Shown here: one piece after another, positions 1 to 11,245 of the stretch
Layout: every line of letters starts with the position of its first letter
How positions within the stretch are numbered: the stretch's first letter is position 1
Assembly: GCA_963826785.1 (NCBI GenBank)
Contig: CAWGYD010000010.1
Span: forward strand, 32,001 to 96,000
DNA: 64,000 nucleotides
Source: an uncultured delta proteobacterium
GTDB lineage: Bacteria; Desulfobacterota; Desulfobacteria; Desulfobacterales; Desulfosalsimonadaceae
Direction: 5' to 3'
Program-made: the position numbers and the translations under genes
Notes under the pieces: model-generated
Seen by the model: only the letters and a program-made list of their open reading frames with translations
Database searches by the model: none
Told to the model about the DNA's origin: nothing

Positions 1-386
1 ATGGCTTCCTCGTCGGAATCAGAAAGCTTGAATCCCTTTTGATTGAAAATTTTGATGCCGTTATCCGTAAACGGGTTGTGGGATGCGGAAATCATGATCC
101 CGGCGTCAAACCCGCCCGCATGGGTCAGATATGCGACGGCCGGTGTGGGCAGAACGCCGGCCAGAAAAACCCGGCCGTTTGCCGAACTGATGCCCGCGGC
201 CACAGCGCATTCGATCATGTCCCCGGACAACCGGGAATCTTTTCCAATAATGATCCGCGCCGGCAATGTGTCCGACGGCAGCCGGCGGACCACGGCCCTG
301 CCGATGCGGATCATCATTTCCGGAGTGATGGGATGGGTATTTGCCACACCGCGGATGCCGTCGGTGCCGAATAAGTTGTTCGTCAT
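1..386 (-). CDS. glmM: Phosphoglucosamine mutase, N-terminal part (runs off the window edge)
   Basis: Not in the ORF track. Manual translation from ATG at 386 gives MTNNLFGTDGIRGVAN...IGKDSRLSG...PTPAVAYL...MISASHNP, the phosphohexomutase signature with the catalytic Ser motif SASHNP. Confidence 0.93.
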   Translation of the reverse strand, partial: MTNNLFGTDGIRGVANTHPITPEMMIRIGRAVVRRLPSDTLPARIIIGKDSRLSGDMIECAVAAGISSANGRVFLAGVLPTPAVAYLTHAGGFDAGIMISASHNPFTDNGIKIFNQKGFKLSDSDEEA

Positions 387-404
387 TGAATTCTTCCGGG
401 TTAT

Positions 405-1637
405 TTATTTTTCGGGTTGCATGATTACCGATGGAAGGGCTTCTTGCGCTTGGCCGATAACGCTTTCCACGATGCTTTTAAGCCAGGCGGTGCCGATGTG
501 CCTGGATGCCGCTTCCAGCTGCTGAATGGTCCGGACATAGTCCATGCCTTCTTTTTCGATCTTCATTTCGACAATCTTCACAAACTGGTCTCTACGTTTT
601 TCTTCTCCCGGGAATAAATCCGGATTCTCCAGATATCCTTTCAGTTGGGGCCAGTTGCCGATTAATTCGGTATCCCGGGCCTGCTGGTCAGCGGCTTTCA
701 ATGCCCCGGCAAAATTTTGCACAAATCCGTCCAGCCGCCTGATCCGTTCGCTGGCAGCGCATCGAAGCTGACGGCAGAGCCCATCATAGAGTTCTATCGG
801 CAGATCATCTGAAATAAACAATTTTCGAATGTGTGCATACCATTGCCCCAGTGCGGTCAGGTTGGCGATATAGATGACGTTGTTGGTAAAGATCCGTTTG
901 ATGTTTCGGTATCCACCCGCCGTATAGGCGACGCTGCCGCTTCTGGATGTTCCTTCAAAGATCAGCCGGTTTTTCCGGAGTTCGTCTTTCCGGCAGATGG
1001 TGCCGGCGGCGGTTACCGTGCCATGGGCCAGCCGGCAGGGGCCCACCAGCCCCCCCTGCCCTCCCAGGAAAATGGGCGACTGGTCCAGCATCACCCCGTC
1101 GGGCACATTGCCGATCAGGGAGGCGGTGGCCTTGTCCTGCTGGGGAGTAAAATTGAAATGAATGTAGGAGCTGCCCACTTCGCTGTGATTTTTGGCGCTG
1201 GTGCCGCCGGTCATGAGGCAATCGCAGAAATTGATCAGGCTGCCCAAAGTAACATAGGGGAAAAGAATCGTCTGCTTGAGGCCGACGCAATGGGCCGCTT
1301 TGGCAAACTCTTCCAGGATGGTCCCTTCCCGCACCTGGGCTGCGGATCCGACGGCGGCGTTTTTCAAAAAAACCGATTCCTTGAAAAATCCGCCCCCCAG
1401 CGATACCCCCGGCCCCAGGTGACAGTTTTCGACGGTGGCCGGCGCCTCGTATCCCAGTTCCACTCCTTTGGATATCCATGTGTGCTTTCCGTATATGCGG
1501 CAACCCGCATGGAGGGTCACCCCCCCGGAGATTCTTTCCGGACGGACCTCTTCACCGATTTCAATTGATTCCGGGGTATTGATACGAACCCCGTTGGCGA
1601 TCAGGGCGGAAATCGTCATCTGCTGCTGGCCGGTCAT
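405..1637 (-). CDS. GlmU-related left-handed beta-helix (hexapeptide repeat) acetyltransferase-like protein, without a nucleotidyltransferase domain
   Basis: GVRINTPESIEIG start and AAVGSAAQVREGTIL/LKQTIL/LGSLINFCD resemble the GlmU LbH region; lies 18 bp upstream of glmM; no LAAGxGTRM motif. Confidence 0.7.
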   Translation of the reverse strand: MTGQQQMTISALIANGVRINTPESIEIGEEVRPERISGGVTLHAGCRIYGKHTWISKGVELGYEAPATVENCHLGPGVSLGGGFFKESVFLKNAAVGSAAQVREGTILEEFAKAAHCVGLKQTILFPYVTLGSLINFCDCLMTGGTSAKNHSEVGSSYIHFNFTPQQDKATASLIGNVPDGVMLDQSPIFLGGQGGLVGPCRLAHGTVTAAGTICRKDELRKNRLIFEGTSRSGSVAYTAGGYRNIKRIFTNNVIYIANLTALGQWYAHIRKLFISDDLPIELYDGLCRQLRCAASERIRRLDGFVQNFAGALKAADQQARDTELIGNWPQLKGYLENPDLFPGEEKRRDQFVKIVEMKIEKEGMDYVRTIQQLEAASRHIGTAWLKSIVESVIGQAQEALPSVIMQPEK

Positions 1638-1797
1638 ATTCCCCTCTTTCGAATGAATGGAAATTACGATGTCAAAAAAATCTCATATAGCAAAATACAA
1701 TCACCAAATCAAAACCTTAAAACAATTGCAACTTGTCGCCGGCTAATAATTCTGCTATTATTTTCCATTTAACCAGTGGACACTAATTACTGAAGAG

Positions 1798-2742
1798 ATG
1801 GAGCACATGACCAAATACCGTTTGTTGACGCGGGGCGACCTGGACGGGCTGATCTGCGCTGTTTTGATGAAGCATCTGGACATGGTGGATGAAATCGTGC
1901 TGATCGATCATCCCAGTGTCATGCAGAGGGAAAACGTCTCGGTTACGGACAGGGATATCACCACCAATCTTCCCTTTGTCAAAGGAGTTCATCTGGCCAT
2001 CGACCATCATGTCTCTGAAACCCTGCGCAATGCCGAGAATCCCCGCCACATCATCGATCCGGATGCGCCGTCCGCGGCCCGGGTGGTATACGATTATTAC
2101 GGCGGCAGGAGCAGTTTTCCGGCACTGTTTGACGAGATGATGGCTGAAGTCGATAAGGCCGATTCGGGGCAATTCTCAAAAGAGGAGATCCTCCATCCCG
2201 AAAGATGGGCTCTGCTGAATTTTCTGGTGGACCAGCGGACCGGAGTTGAGGAATGGGGGAAATACCGCATCGATGAGAAGCGCTTCAAGCTGGATCTGAT
2301 CGACCACTGCAGCAGGATGTCCATCGACGAGATCGTCGATATCGAGGATTTCCAACAGCGGGCGGATGTCTATTTTGCCTATGAGGAGCGCTACCGTCAG
2401 CAGGTGGCCGCTGCCGCCTCCGTTCACCGAAATATCGTGGTGCAGGATTTCCGGGATCAGGGGAAAATATTTCCCGGAAACCGGTTTATCGTATACGCGC
2501 TGTTTCCCATGTGCAATCTGTCCATCCTGGTCCGACGGGACAAGGAAAAAGGAATCATTACGTTTTCAGTGGGAAAATCGATATTGAATCATAGTTCCGA
2601 TGCCAATATCGGCGAATTGATGCTTTCTTACGGCGGCGGCGGTCATCGGGCCGCCGGTGCCTGCCACGTGTCGGAGGACAAAGCCGATGCGGTATTGCGG
2701 CAGCTGCTTGGGCAACTGGCGGATGGCCCGTCAGCGGGTTAA
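1798..2742 (+). CDS. DHH/DHHA1-family phosphoesterase (exopolyphosphatase-like)
   Basis: TRGDLDG, IDHH, PSAARV and GGGGHRAAGAC motifs. Confidence 0.85.
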   Translation: MEHMTKYRLLTRGDLDGLICAVLMKHLDMVDEIVLIDHPSVMQRENVSVTDRDITTNLPFVKGVHLAIDHHVSETLRNAENPRHIIDPDAPSAARVVYDYYGGRSSFPALFDEMMAEVDKADSGQFSKEEILHPERWALLNFLVDQRTGVEEWGKYRIDEKRFKLDLIDHCSRMSIDEIVDIEDFQQRADVYFAYEERYRQQVAAAASVHRNIVVQDFRDQGKIFPGNRFIVYALFPMCNLSILVRRDKEKGIITFSVGKSILNHSSDANIGELMLSYGGGGHRAAGACHVSEDKADAVLRQLLGQLADGPSAG

Positions 2743-2791
2743 GTTTTTATCGGTTTTATCCCAAAACGATTAGAAACAATGAGGTGACGCA

Positions 2792-4414
2792 ATGGCGCAA
2801 TCGGATGTTTCTTCACTGCCCGCATGGAAATCATTAAACGCGCATGCCGACCGCATGAACCTGCCGGAAAATCATTTAAAACACCTGGTTCAAACGCCGG
2901 ATCGGCTTGAGCGCTGCTCCATCAAGGGCGCCGGTATGTTTTATGATTTTTCACGCCAGCGTATCGATAGTAAGGTTATAGATGGCCTGACTGCGCTGGC
3001 CGACGAAAAAAAGCTAATCCAGTCCTTTAAGGATATGATGTCCGGCGCCCGCGTCAACACCACCGAAGGCCGGGCCGCCCTGCATACCGCCGCCCGAAAC
3101 TTTACGGATCCTGCCGTATACGACAACGGCCGCGATGTAATGCCCGAAATCAGCCGTGTGCGCGACGAGATTCGGCAGTTTGCACACCAGGTGCATTCCG
3201 GTGAGATTACGGGCACCAACGGCATGCCTTTCAAGGATGTGGTGGTGATCGGCATCGGGGGTTCTTACCTCGGGCCCGAATTTGCGGCCATTGCCATGGA
3301 AAGCTTTGCGGATAAAGGCATCTCGCTTCATTTTCTGGCGAATGTGGACATCGACAGTTTCGGCAGGATTGCAGCCCGGGTGCTGCCGGAAACCGCGCTC
3401 TGGATCATTATTTCCAAGAGCTACACCACCACGGAAACCATGGCCAATGCGAATATGGCCATCACCTTCATGCAGGAAAAAGGGCTCGATCCTGAAAAGC
3501 ACCTGGTGACGGTCACGAGCAAGGGAAGCCCCGGGGATGATCCCGCAAATCCGGTCCTGCGCGCCTTCCACATGTTCGATTATATCGGCGGCCGCTTCAG
3601 CGTCACCTCAGCGGTGGGCGGCGTCCCCTTGAGCCTTCTTCTGGGATACGAGATGTTCGAGCGGTTTTTGAAAGGGGCCGAGGAGATGGACCGTCATGCG
3701 GCATCTGCCCCGCCGGAGCAGAACATCCCCCTGATGGCCGCGCTGATCGGCATCTGGAACAATGATTTCCTCGGCTATCCGGCTTCCGGCATTATCCCCT
3801 ACTCCACTGCTTTGGCCAAACTTCCGGCGCACGTTCAGCAGCTCTACATGGAAAGCAACGGCAAGGCGGTCACTCGAGACGGTGAACCGGTAAAGATTCC
3901 CACCGGGGTGATCGTCTTCGGTGAGCCCGGCACCAACGCCCAGCATTCTTTTTTCCAGCTGGCCCACCAGGGGCGCCCCTTCCCCATCGATTTCATCGGC
4001 GTGATCAATCCCTGTTTCGATCAATACACCGCCACTTCCAAGGGGGTGACCAATCATCAGGAATTGTGGGCCAATCTCATTGCCCAGCCAAGGGCGCTGG
4101 CCCAGGGAAAGGACGACCCGGATCCGGCCCGGGCCTTTAGCGGAAATCGCCCCTCGTCCACCCTGCTGATCAATGACCTTTCCCCGGAGAACATCGGAAG
4201 GCTTCTTTCGTTTTACGAGGCCAAAACCGTATTCGAGGCCTTTGTCTGGGACATCAATCCGTTCGATCAATTCGGCGTGGAACTGGGCAAAACCATGGCT
4301 TCGGGCATTCGAAAAGAAATGGGTGCCAAAAATGAAAACCCCGGCCACGCATTTGACAGTGTCAACCCCATCGATCGGTTTTATCTCGATGCCCTTTTTC
4401 GAAAATCAATATGA
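2792..4414 (+). CDS. pgi: Glucose-6-phosphate isomerase
   Basis: GIGGSYLG, SKSYTT, IGGRFS, QQLYMESNGK, GTNAQHSFFQ, NPFDQFGVELGK. Confidence 0.97.
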   Translation: MAQSDVSSLPAWKSLNAHADRMNLPENHLKHLVQTPDRLERCSIKGAGMFYDFSRQRIDSKVIDGLTALADEKKLIQSFKDMMSGARVNTTEGRAALHTAARNFTDPAVYDNGRDVMPEISRVRDEIRQFAHQVHSGEITGTNGMPFKDVVVIGIGGSYLGPEFAAIAMESFADKGISLHFLANVDIDSFGRIAARVLPETALWIIISKSYTTTETMANANMAITFMQEKGLDPEKHLVTVTSKGSPGDDPANPVLRAFHMFDYIGGRFSVTSAVGGVPLSLLLGYEMFERFLKGAEEMDRHAASAPPEQNIPLMAALIGIWNNDFLGYPASGIIPYSTALAKLPAHVQQLYMESNGKAVTRDGEPVKIPTGVIVFGEPGTNAQHSFFQLAHQGRPFPIDFIGVINPCFDQYTATSKGVTNHQELWANLIAQPRALAQGKDDPDPARAFSGNRPSSTLLINDLSPENIGRLLSFYEAKTVFEAFVWDINPFDQFGVELGKTMASGIRKEMGAKNENPGHAFDSVNPIDRFYLDALFRKSI

Positions 4415-4502
4415 GGGTAAACCGATGAGCGCTCTTTCCTTCCGGCAGCTCGGAATTTTTGCGGCTTCTGGCCGCGGCATCCTCCATATCTGACCCGATC
4501 TT

Positions 4503-5441
4503 ATGACCATTACGCTGACAATGTTGATCCTGGGATGCCTGCTGCTCTATTTCGGTTCCAACTGGCTGGTGAAGGGGGCCTCGGAAATGGCCCTGGCCTA
4601 TGCCATACGGCCGGCGGTGATCGGATTGACCGTGGTGGCGGTGGCCACCTCCGCCCCCGAGCTGCTGGTGAGTATCGTGGCGGCTGCAGAAGGGTCCAGC
4701 GGCGTATCCGTGGGCAATATTTTAGGAAGCAATGTCTTTAATATCGCCCTGGTCCTGGGGATCAGTGCATGCATCCGTCCGCTGACCATCGACCGCCGCA
4801 TCATCAAACGGGAAATCCCCTACATGACGGCCGCCTCCGTCCTTTTCTGGATTCTTTGCGCAGACGGCCGGATCAGCCGATTCGACGGCTTTGTGCTCAC
4901 CCTGCTGCTGATCATCTTCCTGGCGTACAGCATTCTTACGGCACGGGACAAAAAGACTGGACCAGAATACCGCCGTGCGGCTCCGGAGAATCATACCCGA
5001 AATATTTTCCTCATGGCGGCCGGCATTGTATCGCTTGCCCTGGGGGCGGACTGGGTGGTGGATTCGGCCGTCAGTATCGCCCGGTCCTTTCACATGAGCG
5101 AGATATTTATCGGTATCTCCATCGTGGCCACCGGAACATCGCTCCCCGAACTGGCGACTTCGGCGGTGGCTGCCGCACGAAAAGAGAGCGATATTTCCGT
5201 GGGAAATATCGTCGGCAGCAACCTGTTCAACATCTGCCTGGTCATGGGCGCGGTGGGCCTGATCAGTCCGATTGCCATCGGTTCCGGGTTGAACCGGTTT
5301 GAATTTCCCGCCATGATCGCCATCACGATCCTGCTCTATGCAATGGCACTCAAATGGCAGCGCCTGGACCGCCGCTCCGGAGCGATTCTGGTGTTCTGCT
5401 TCATTGCCTATATGACCATCTCATACATTCTTTCCGCATGA
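4503..5441 (+). CDS. Ca2+/Na+ antiporter, CaCA family (YrbG-like)
   Basis: Two alpha repeats, ATSAPEL...GNILGSN and GTSLPEL...GNIVGSN, with about 10 hydrophobic segments. Confidence 0.92.
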   Translation: MTITLTMLILGCLLLYFGSNWLVKGASEMALAYAIRPAVIGLTVVAVATSAPELLVSIVAAAEGSSGVSVGNILGSNVFNIALVLGISACIRPLTIDRRIIKREIPYMTAASVLFWILCADGRISRFDGFVLTLLLIIFLAYSILTARDKKTGPEYRRAAPENHTRNIFLMAAGIVSLALGADWVVDSAVSIARSFHMSEIFIGISIVATGTSLPELATSAVAAARKESDISVGNIVGSNLFNICLVMGAVGLISPIAIGSGLNRFEFPAMIAITILLYAMALKWQRLDRRSGAILVFCFIAYMTISYILSA

Positions 5442-5504
5442 CCCGAAAATCTCATGCCGAAAATCCGCAAATTCGTGGACAATACCTTACGCCGGGAGTT
5501 CTTG

Positions 5505-5550
5505 AAAAAAAAGCAGCCGGCCTTTCTGAAAATTCAGAAAGGCCGGCTGC
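5505..5550 (-). terminator. Rho-independent terminator of the PPIase gene
   Basis: Perfect 18-bp inverted repeat GCAGCCGGCCTTTCTGAA-aa-TTCAGAAAGGCCGGCTGC (5513-5550) followed by T8 on the minus strand; sits between convergent genes. Confidence 0.85.
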
Positions 5551-5586
5551 CGTATTGCTTCAATGATTGAGATGTAGAATCTTGGG

Positions 5587-6645
5587 TTACTTCGCCTGAA
5601 CAGCCGCTTCCGGCTTATCGCCTGCAGGTGCAGCTGCCGTCGGCATACTGATGTCGATGGTGGCCGCAGCTTTCAGTTTTTCGATATACTGGGGCAGTTT
5701 TTCCTTCATTGCCTGCATCTTGAGATGATCTTTAAGCTTTTCCTTGGCATCGTCAAAGCTTTCCGTGGAAGCTTCCTGCTTTCCTTCGGCCTTGATGATG
5801 TGATAACCGAACTGGGTTTCCACCACATCGCTGACTTCACCGGGCTTTAGGGCAAACGCCACTTTCTCGAAGGGTTCCACCATCTGGCCTTTTTCAAAAA
5901 ATCCGAGATCCCCCCCCTGCTTGCTGCTGGGGCACTCCGAACTTTCAGCGGCCAGGGCTTCAAAATCGCCGCCGGCATCCACTTTTGCCTTGATGGCGTC
6001 GATTTTTTCACGGGCCTTGGCTTTTTCCTCGGGAGTGGCATCTTTATTCACCTTGATCAGGATGTGGCGCGCACGGACCCGCTCCGGGGTCTTAAATTCT
6101 TCGGGATGGGCGTTATAATACGCCTTTGCTTCATCATCGGTGATATTGATTTCTGCGACCACTTTTTCCTCGATCAGCTTCCGGATGGCCAGGTTTTCGC
6201 GGATCTGGGATTTCAGAACATCTTCAGTGAAGCTCATTTCCTTTAACTGGTTGGCGTATTCGGCTTCACTTTCAAACTGGTCCTTGAAATTGGCCAGTTC
6301 TTCGGCGACCTGCGCGTCATCGACTTTGATGCCCTGTTTCTGGCTTTCCTGATAAAGAAGTTCCTGCTCGATCAGGCTCTGCAGAATATTTTCCCGGAGG
6401 GATGCCGTTTTTTCAGCATCGAGCACCATGCCCATGCTGGCATATCGCTTCTGGATCAGGTCGGCCTTACGGTCCAGGGCGTCTTTTGAGATTGCCTTTC
6501 CGTTTACGGTGGCCACAGTGACATTTCCGGATGCAGCTGTCTCGGCTGCCTTGTCCGTATCGGCCGCCGGTGCGGTGCTGGCGATCAGGAATGAAAGGAT
6601 AATGGCCGCAATGACCGACACGTATTTGTTGAAAGAAATTTGCAT
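5587..6645 (-). CDS. Exported parvulin-type peptidyl-prolyl isomerase (SurA/PrsA-like)
   Basis: AGGAGG RBS before ATG 6645; signal peptide; [37 protein letters not shown]. Confidence 0.93.
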   Translation of the reverse strand: MQISFNKYVSVIAAIILSFLIASTAPAADTDKAAETAASGNVTVATVNGKAISKDALDRKADLIQKRYASMGMVLDAEKTASLRENILQSLIEQELLYQESQKQGIKVDDAQVAEELANFKDQFESEAEYANQLKEMSFTEDVLKSQIRENLAIRKLIEEKVVAEINITDDEAKAYYNAHPEEFKTPERVRARHILIKVNKDATPEEKAKAREKIDAIKAKVDAGGDFEALAAESSECPSSKQGGDLGFFEKGQMVEPFEKVAFALKPGEVSDVVETQFGYHIIKAEGKQEASTESFDDAKEKLKDHLKMQAMKEKLPQYIEKLKAAATIDISMPTAAAPAGDKPEAAVQAK

Positions 6646-6879
6646 AAAAAATAACCTCCTTGGAAGATTAGAAGAAATAGAACCGGTGCCCAGCCGCAAA
6701 AGGATGGCTTTCCCGTCCGTTCCTGTCAAATGGCTTTAGAAATTTGCGTTGGGTATGGCCCATAAGCGGCGGTATTCCGGACATAGAATTTTGGAAAAGA
6801 GAAGATCATGCGGATTCCGTCAGGCCGACGAGAGAAATGGAAGACAGATGACATCCAATTGTTGGCGGCGGTAAAAAAA

Positions 6880-6956
6880 TGGTCGGGAAGACTGGATTTG
6901 AACCAGCGACCCCAGCGTCCCGAACGCTGTGCTCTACCAGGCTGAGCCACTTCCCG
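6880..6956 (-). tRNA. tRNA-Pro (anticodon CGG)
   Basis: Reverse complement CGGGAAGTGGCTCAGCCTGGTAGAGCA-CAGCG-TTCGGGA-CGCTG...GGTTCAAATCC...CCCGACCA; 77 nt with encoded CCA. Confidence 0.96.
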
Positions 6957-6970
6957 ACTTTTGGAAATCC

Positions 6971-6999
6971 TATTTATGTTACAAAACCGCTGTTGTCAA
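6971..6999 (-). promoter_or_regulatory. Putative sigma70 promoter of tRNA-Pro
   Basis: TTGACA-17 nt-TAAATA on the minus strand just upstream of the tRNA. Confidence 0.5.
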
Positions 7000-7049
7000 T
7001 CAAAAATTGCGGTCAGCGTTTATGTCCTATGATAAGGACCGGCCGGATT

Positions 7050-8366
<1,317 letters not shown>

Positions 8367-8425
8367 TTACCAGGTTCATACCGGAACCCATGGTTTCCGG
8401 AACGGGAATATATTCAAATAAATAC

Positions 8426-8875
8426 TTATCGCTTTGCCTTGAAAAAGTCCACCAGCATCTGCCGGCAGCGGGATTCACAAACGCCTGCAACGACCTGCGG
8501 CCGGTGATTGAGTCGAATATCCTGATCCATCCGGTAAAGCGAACCGGCCCCTCCCCATTTGGGATCGAACGCCCCGAAAACCACTTTTTCGATCCTGGCA
8601 TGGATGATGGCGCCCATACACATGACGCAAGGCTCGATGGTCACATACAGCGTGGTGTTCAACAGCCGGTAATTTTGACATGTCTGCCCGGCCTTCCGGA
8701 TAGCCAGAATTTCCGCATGTGCGGTGGGGTCATGCAGAGTGATGACCTGATTGTGGGCACGGGCGATAACAACCCCGGCGCCGTCAACGAGCACCGCGCC
8801 CACGGGGACTTCCCCTTCCCTGCCGGCATTTTCCGCCTCAGCAAGTGCCATTTCCATGAATTCATGGGCGTCCAT
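8426..8875 (-). CDS. tadA: tRNA adenosine(34) deaminase
   Basis: EVPVGAV, HDPTAHAE, TIEPCVMC, FDPKWG, LNH; start placed at MDAHEFM. Confidence 0.95.
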   Translation of the reverse strand: MDAHEFMEMALAEAENAGREGEVPVGAVLVDGAGVVIARAHNQVITLHDPTAHAEILAIRKAGQTCQNYRLLNTTLYVTIEPCVMCMGAIIHARIEKVVFGAFDPKWGGAGSLYRMDQDIRLNHRPQVVAGVCESRCRQMLVDFFKAKR

Positions 8876-8984
8876 ACCGGTTTTCCACGCATTTTTCATC
8901 AAAATTTGCAAAACCCTCAGTGACATATTAAACTTTGCCCAAAGGGTCAAGATAGAAAAGCACCGTGGCCCATGCACTTATCAA

Positions 8985-9013
8985 TTGACAACCCATTTTG
9001 GATGCCTTATTAA
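8985..9013 (+). promoter_or_regulatory. Putative sigma70 promoter of tRNA-Arg
   Basis: TTGACA-17 nt-TATTAA, 16 nt upstream of the tRNA. Confidence 0.55.
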
Positions 9014-9029
9014 GTTGTAAAACTTTTTC

Positions 9030-9106
<77 letters not shown>

Positions 9107-9117
9107 TAAAAAAGAAT

Positions 9118-9153
9118 AGGATTTCAGATAGTTATGACTGAAATCCTTTTTTT
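9118..9153 (+). terminator. Rho-independent terminator after tRNA-Arg
   Basis: 10-bp stem AGGATTTCAG/CTGAAATCCT followed by a T run. Confidence 0.8.
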
Positions 9154-9464
9154 ATTTGGTAAGCTGTCACGGGCCGAAACTGGCCAAAAATCCTCCCTAT
9201 GCGTAATTTTTCCACCCGTCTTTTCTGCCGTACTGCCCATTCGATGATGCGGTGTGTGTGAGTGCGTGAGCAGAGACAAGAATTTCATTTACCAGGATTA
9301 GATGTATAGTCCCATTCTGTATAAACAAATCCCACTGCAAGGATGACAGCATGAAATTTTTTTGTTCCGCCCCGGCTTTGCCTCAATTGCCTCAGCATTG
9401 ATTTTTCATGATTTATTGCTACTTTCTGTGTCTGAAATAAAGCTGTGATCAAACGAGGGAGATA

Positions 9465-10019
9465 ATGGATGTATGGGTCCGGTGTTACGAGGAATTAAAT
9501 GATTATATACCCCAAAAGCTGAAGAAAGTAACATTCAGATGGAAAATTCCGGAGGGTGAATCAGTTTCCGGATTGATCGCATCCCTTGGGGTTCCGGTGG
9601 GTAAAATTGATCTGATTCTGGTGAACGGGCAATCGGTCGAAATTGTAAGAATCCTTGAAAACAATGATCGAATTTCGCTGTTCCCGGTGTTTGAGACATT
9701 CAATATTTCAACGGTAACCCGGATGCCCCAAGCACCCCTGCGGAAAACGGCATTTATTTGCGATGCGGGATTGGAGGCGTTGTGCGAAACACTGAAAGGC
9801 ATCGGCATGGATGTCTGTCAGCATCATGGCTTGGCCCCATCCGACTTGATTCAACAGTCAAATTGTACCCGGCGGATCATTCTGACCACCCGCAGGCGGA
9901 TTTTTGAGGCCGAAGGTGTTACCCGGGCAATCCTTCTGGAAAAAGAATCGATTGAATGTCAGGTGCAGCAGGTTCTTTATCGCCTGGATATAGAAGCGCC
10001 CTATGTGAAAACGGGATGA
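9465..10019 (+). CDS. Ubiquitin-like (Ub-Mut7C) domain plus a truncated Mut7-C RNase (PIN-like) domain
   Basis: RCYEELNDY...SLGVP..IDLILVNG...DRISLFP matches the Ub-Mut7C pattern; FICDAGL...GMD...IILT matches the Mut7-C N-terminal half; GAGGA RBS. Confidence 0.75.
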   Translation: MDVWVRCYEELNDYIPQKLKKVTFRWKIPEGESVSGLIASLGVPVGKIDLILVNGQSVEIVRILENNDRISLFPVFETFNISTVTRMPQAPLRKTAFICDAGLEALCETLKGIGMDVCQHHGLAPSDLIQQSNCTRRIILTTRRRIFEAEGVTRAILLEKESIECQVQQVLYRLDIEAPYVKTG

Positions 10020-10039
10020 GGACGGGAACGGAACGGAAT

Positions 10040-10070
10040 AAAAAAAGCCCGGGCGAAGAACCCGGGCTTT
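10040..10070. terminator. Bidirectional terminator between the Mut7-C gene and tRNA-Leu
   Basis: AAAGCCCGGG-7 nt-CCCGGGCTTT with a longer A run on the left side. Confidence 0.8.
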
Positions 10071-10084
10071 GAAACGAATAACTT

Positions 10085-10171
10085 TGGTGCCGAAGGGGAG
10101 ACTCGAACTCCCACGAGAATACTCCCACTAGACCCTGAACCTAGCGCGTCTACCAATTCCGCCACTTCGGC
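10085..10171 (-). tRNA. tRNA-Leu (anticodon CAG)
   Basis: Reverse complement GCCGAAGTGGCGGAATTGGTAGACGCG-CTAGG-TTCAGGG-TCTAG, long variable arm, GTTCGAGTC...CGGCACCA; 87 nt. Confidence 0.96.
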
Positions 10172-10216
10172 ACTGAAAAAAACCAATGTTTAACATTGAT
10201 TTCAAACAAGTTTTTT

Positions 10217-10245
10217 TTTATATAGCTTAAGATTTATTCTGTCAA
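10217..10245 (-). promoter_or_regulatory. Putative sigma70 promoter of tRNA-Leu
   Basis: TTGACA-17 nt-TATAAA on the minus strand. Confidence 0.65.
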
Positions 10246-10289
10246 GCGCAATGTAACAGTCAATTGAAAAATAGTGCGGAAATTATTTC

Positions 10290-11228
10290 ATGCAGATTTA
10301 CAAGGGTCTTGAGCATATAAGAAAGACATTTCAGAATACGGCGGTGACCATCGGAAACTTTGACGGGGTGCACAAGGGGCATCAGGCCATCCTGCACCAG
10401 GTGATCGAAAAAGCCGAGTCCATCGGCGGGACCTCGATGGCGATCACCTTTGACCCCCACCCCATCCGCGTGCTGAAAAAAAACGGCGACCCGCCGGTGA
10501 TCACCCTGTTTGAACAGAAAGCCGAACTCATCGAAAAAATCGGAATCGATGCACTGGTCTGCATCTCCTTTGATGAAAAATTCGCCGCCATGACGGCAGA
10601 CCGGTTTTTATCCGATATCCTGATTCACACACTGGGGATGAAAGCCATTGTTATCGGTGAAGATTATACCTTCGGTAAAAACCGCCAGGGGGACATCCAT
10701 TTCTTAAAGGATTTTTCTGCCCGATACGGGTATGAAGTCATTGTGGCCGGCTGGGTGCCGGTATCCCACCAGGACATGGAGCGGATCAGCAGCACCCGGG
10801 TTCGGGAACTGGTCATGGCCGGTGATGTGGAAAAAGCCCGCCAGTTGCTGGGCAGACATTACCAGATCCGGGGGACCGTGGTCTCGGGCCGCAACCGGGG
10901 CGGCCGGCTGCTGGGGTTTCCCACGGCCAACATTCATCTTCAGGATGAACTCTGCCCGAAGACGGGGGTTTATGCCGTCACCGTGCAGAGCAACGGCTCG
11001 ACATACAAGGGGGTGGCCAACATCGGCTACAGCCCCACCTTCGACGATCAGATGTTCACCGTGGAAGTGCATCTGCTCGATTTTTCCGGCGACATTTACG
11101 GTCAGAAAATCAAGGTGAATTTCATCGGCCGGATCCGGGATGAAAAAAAATTCGAGAACATCGAACAGCTTTCCCGGCAGATCCAGGCGGATATACAAAC
11201 CGCCCGGTCAACATTAACCCATATGTAA
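10290..11228 (+). CDS. ribF: Bifunctional riboflavin kinase/FAD synthetase
   Basis: IGNFDGVHKGH, ISSTRVR, GRLLGFPTAN, NIGYSPTF, IRDEKKF. Confidence 0.97.
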   Translation: MQIYKGLEHIRKTFQNTAVTIGNFDGVHKGHQAILHQVIEKAESIGGTSMAITFDPHPIRVLKKNGDPPVITLFEQKAELIEKIGIDALVCISFDEKFAAMTADRFLSDILIHTLGMKAIVIGEDYTFGKNRQGDIHFLKDFSARYGYEVIVAGWVPVSHQDMERISSTRVRELVMAGDVEKARQLLGRHYQIRGTVVSGRNRGGRLLGFPTANIHLQDELCPKTGVYAVTVQSNGSTYKGVANIGYSPTFDDQMFTVEVHLLDFSGDIYGQKIKVNFIGRIRDEKKFENIEQLSRQIQADIQTARSTLTHM

Positions 11229-11245
11229 CGAATGCGTAAATTATC

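Noticed and set aside
39..525. Two plus-strand ORFs at the window start
   Set aside because: They are antisense to glmM, which has clear catalytic motifs on the minus strand.
4425..4493. 22-codon ORF between pgi and the antiporter with a GAGG RBS-like site
   Set aside because: Too short to support, with no recognisable leader-peptide features.
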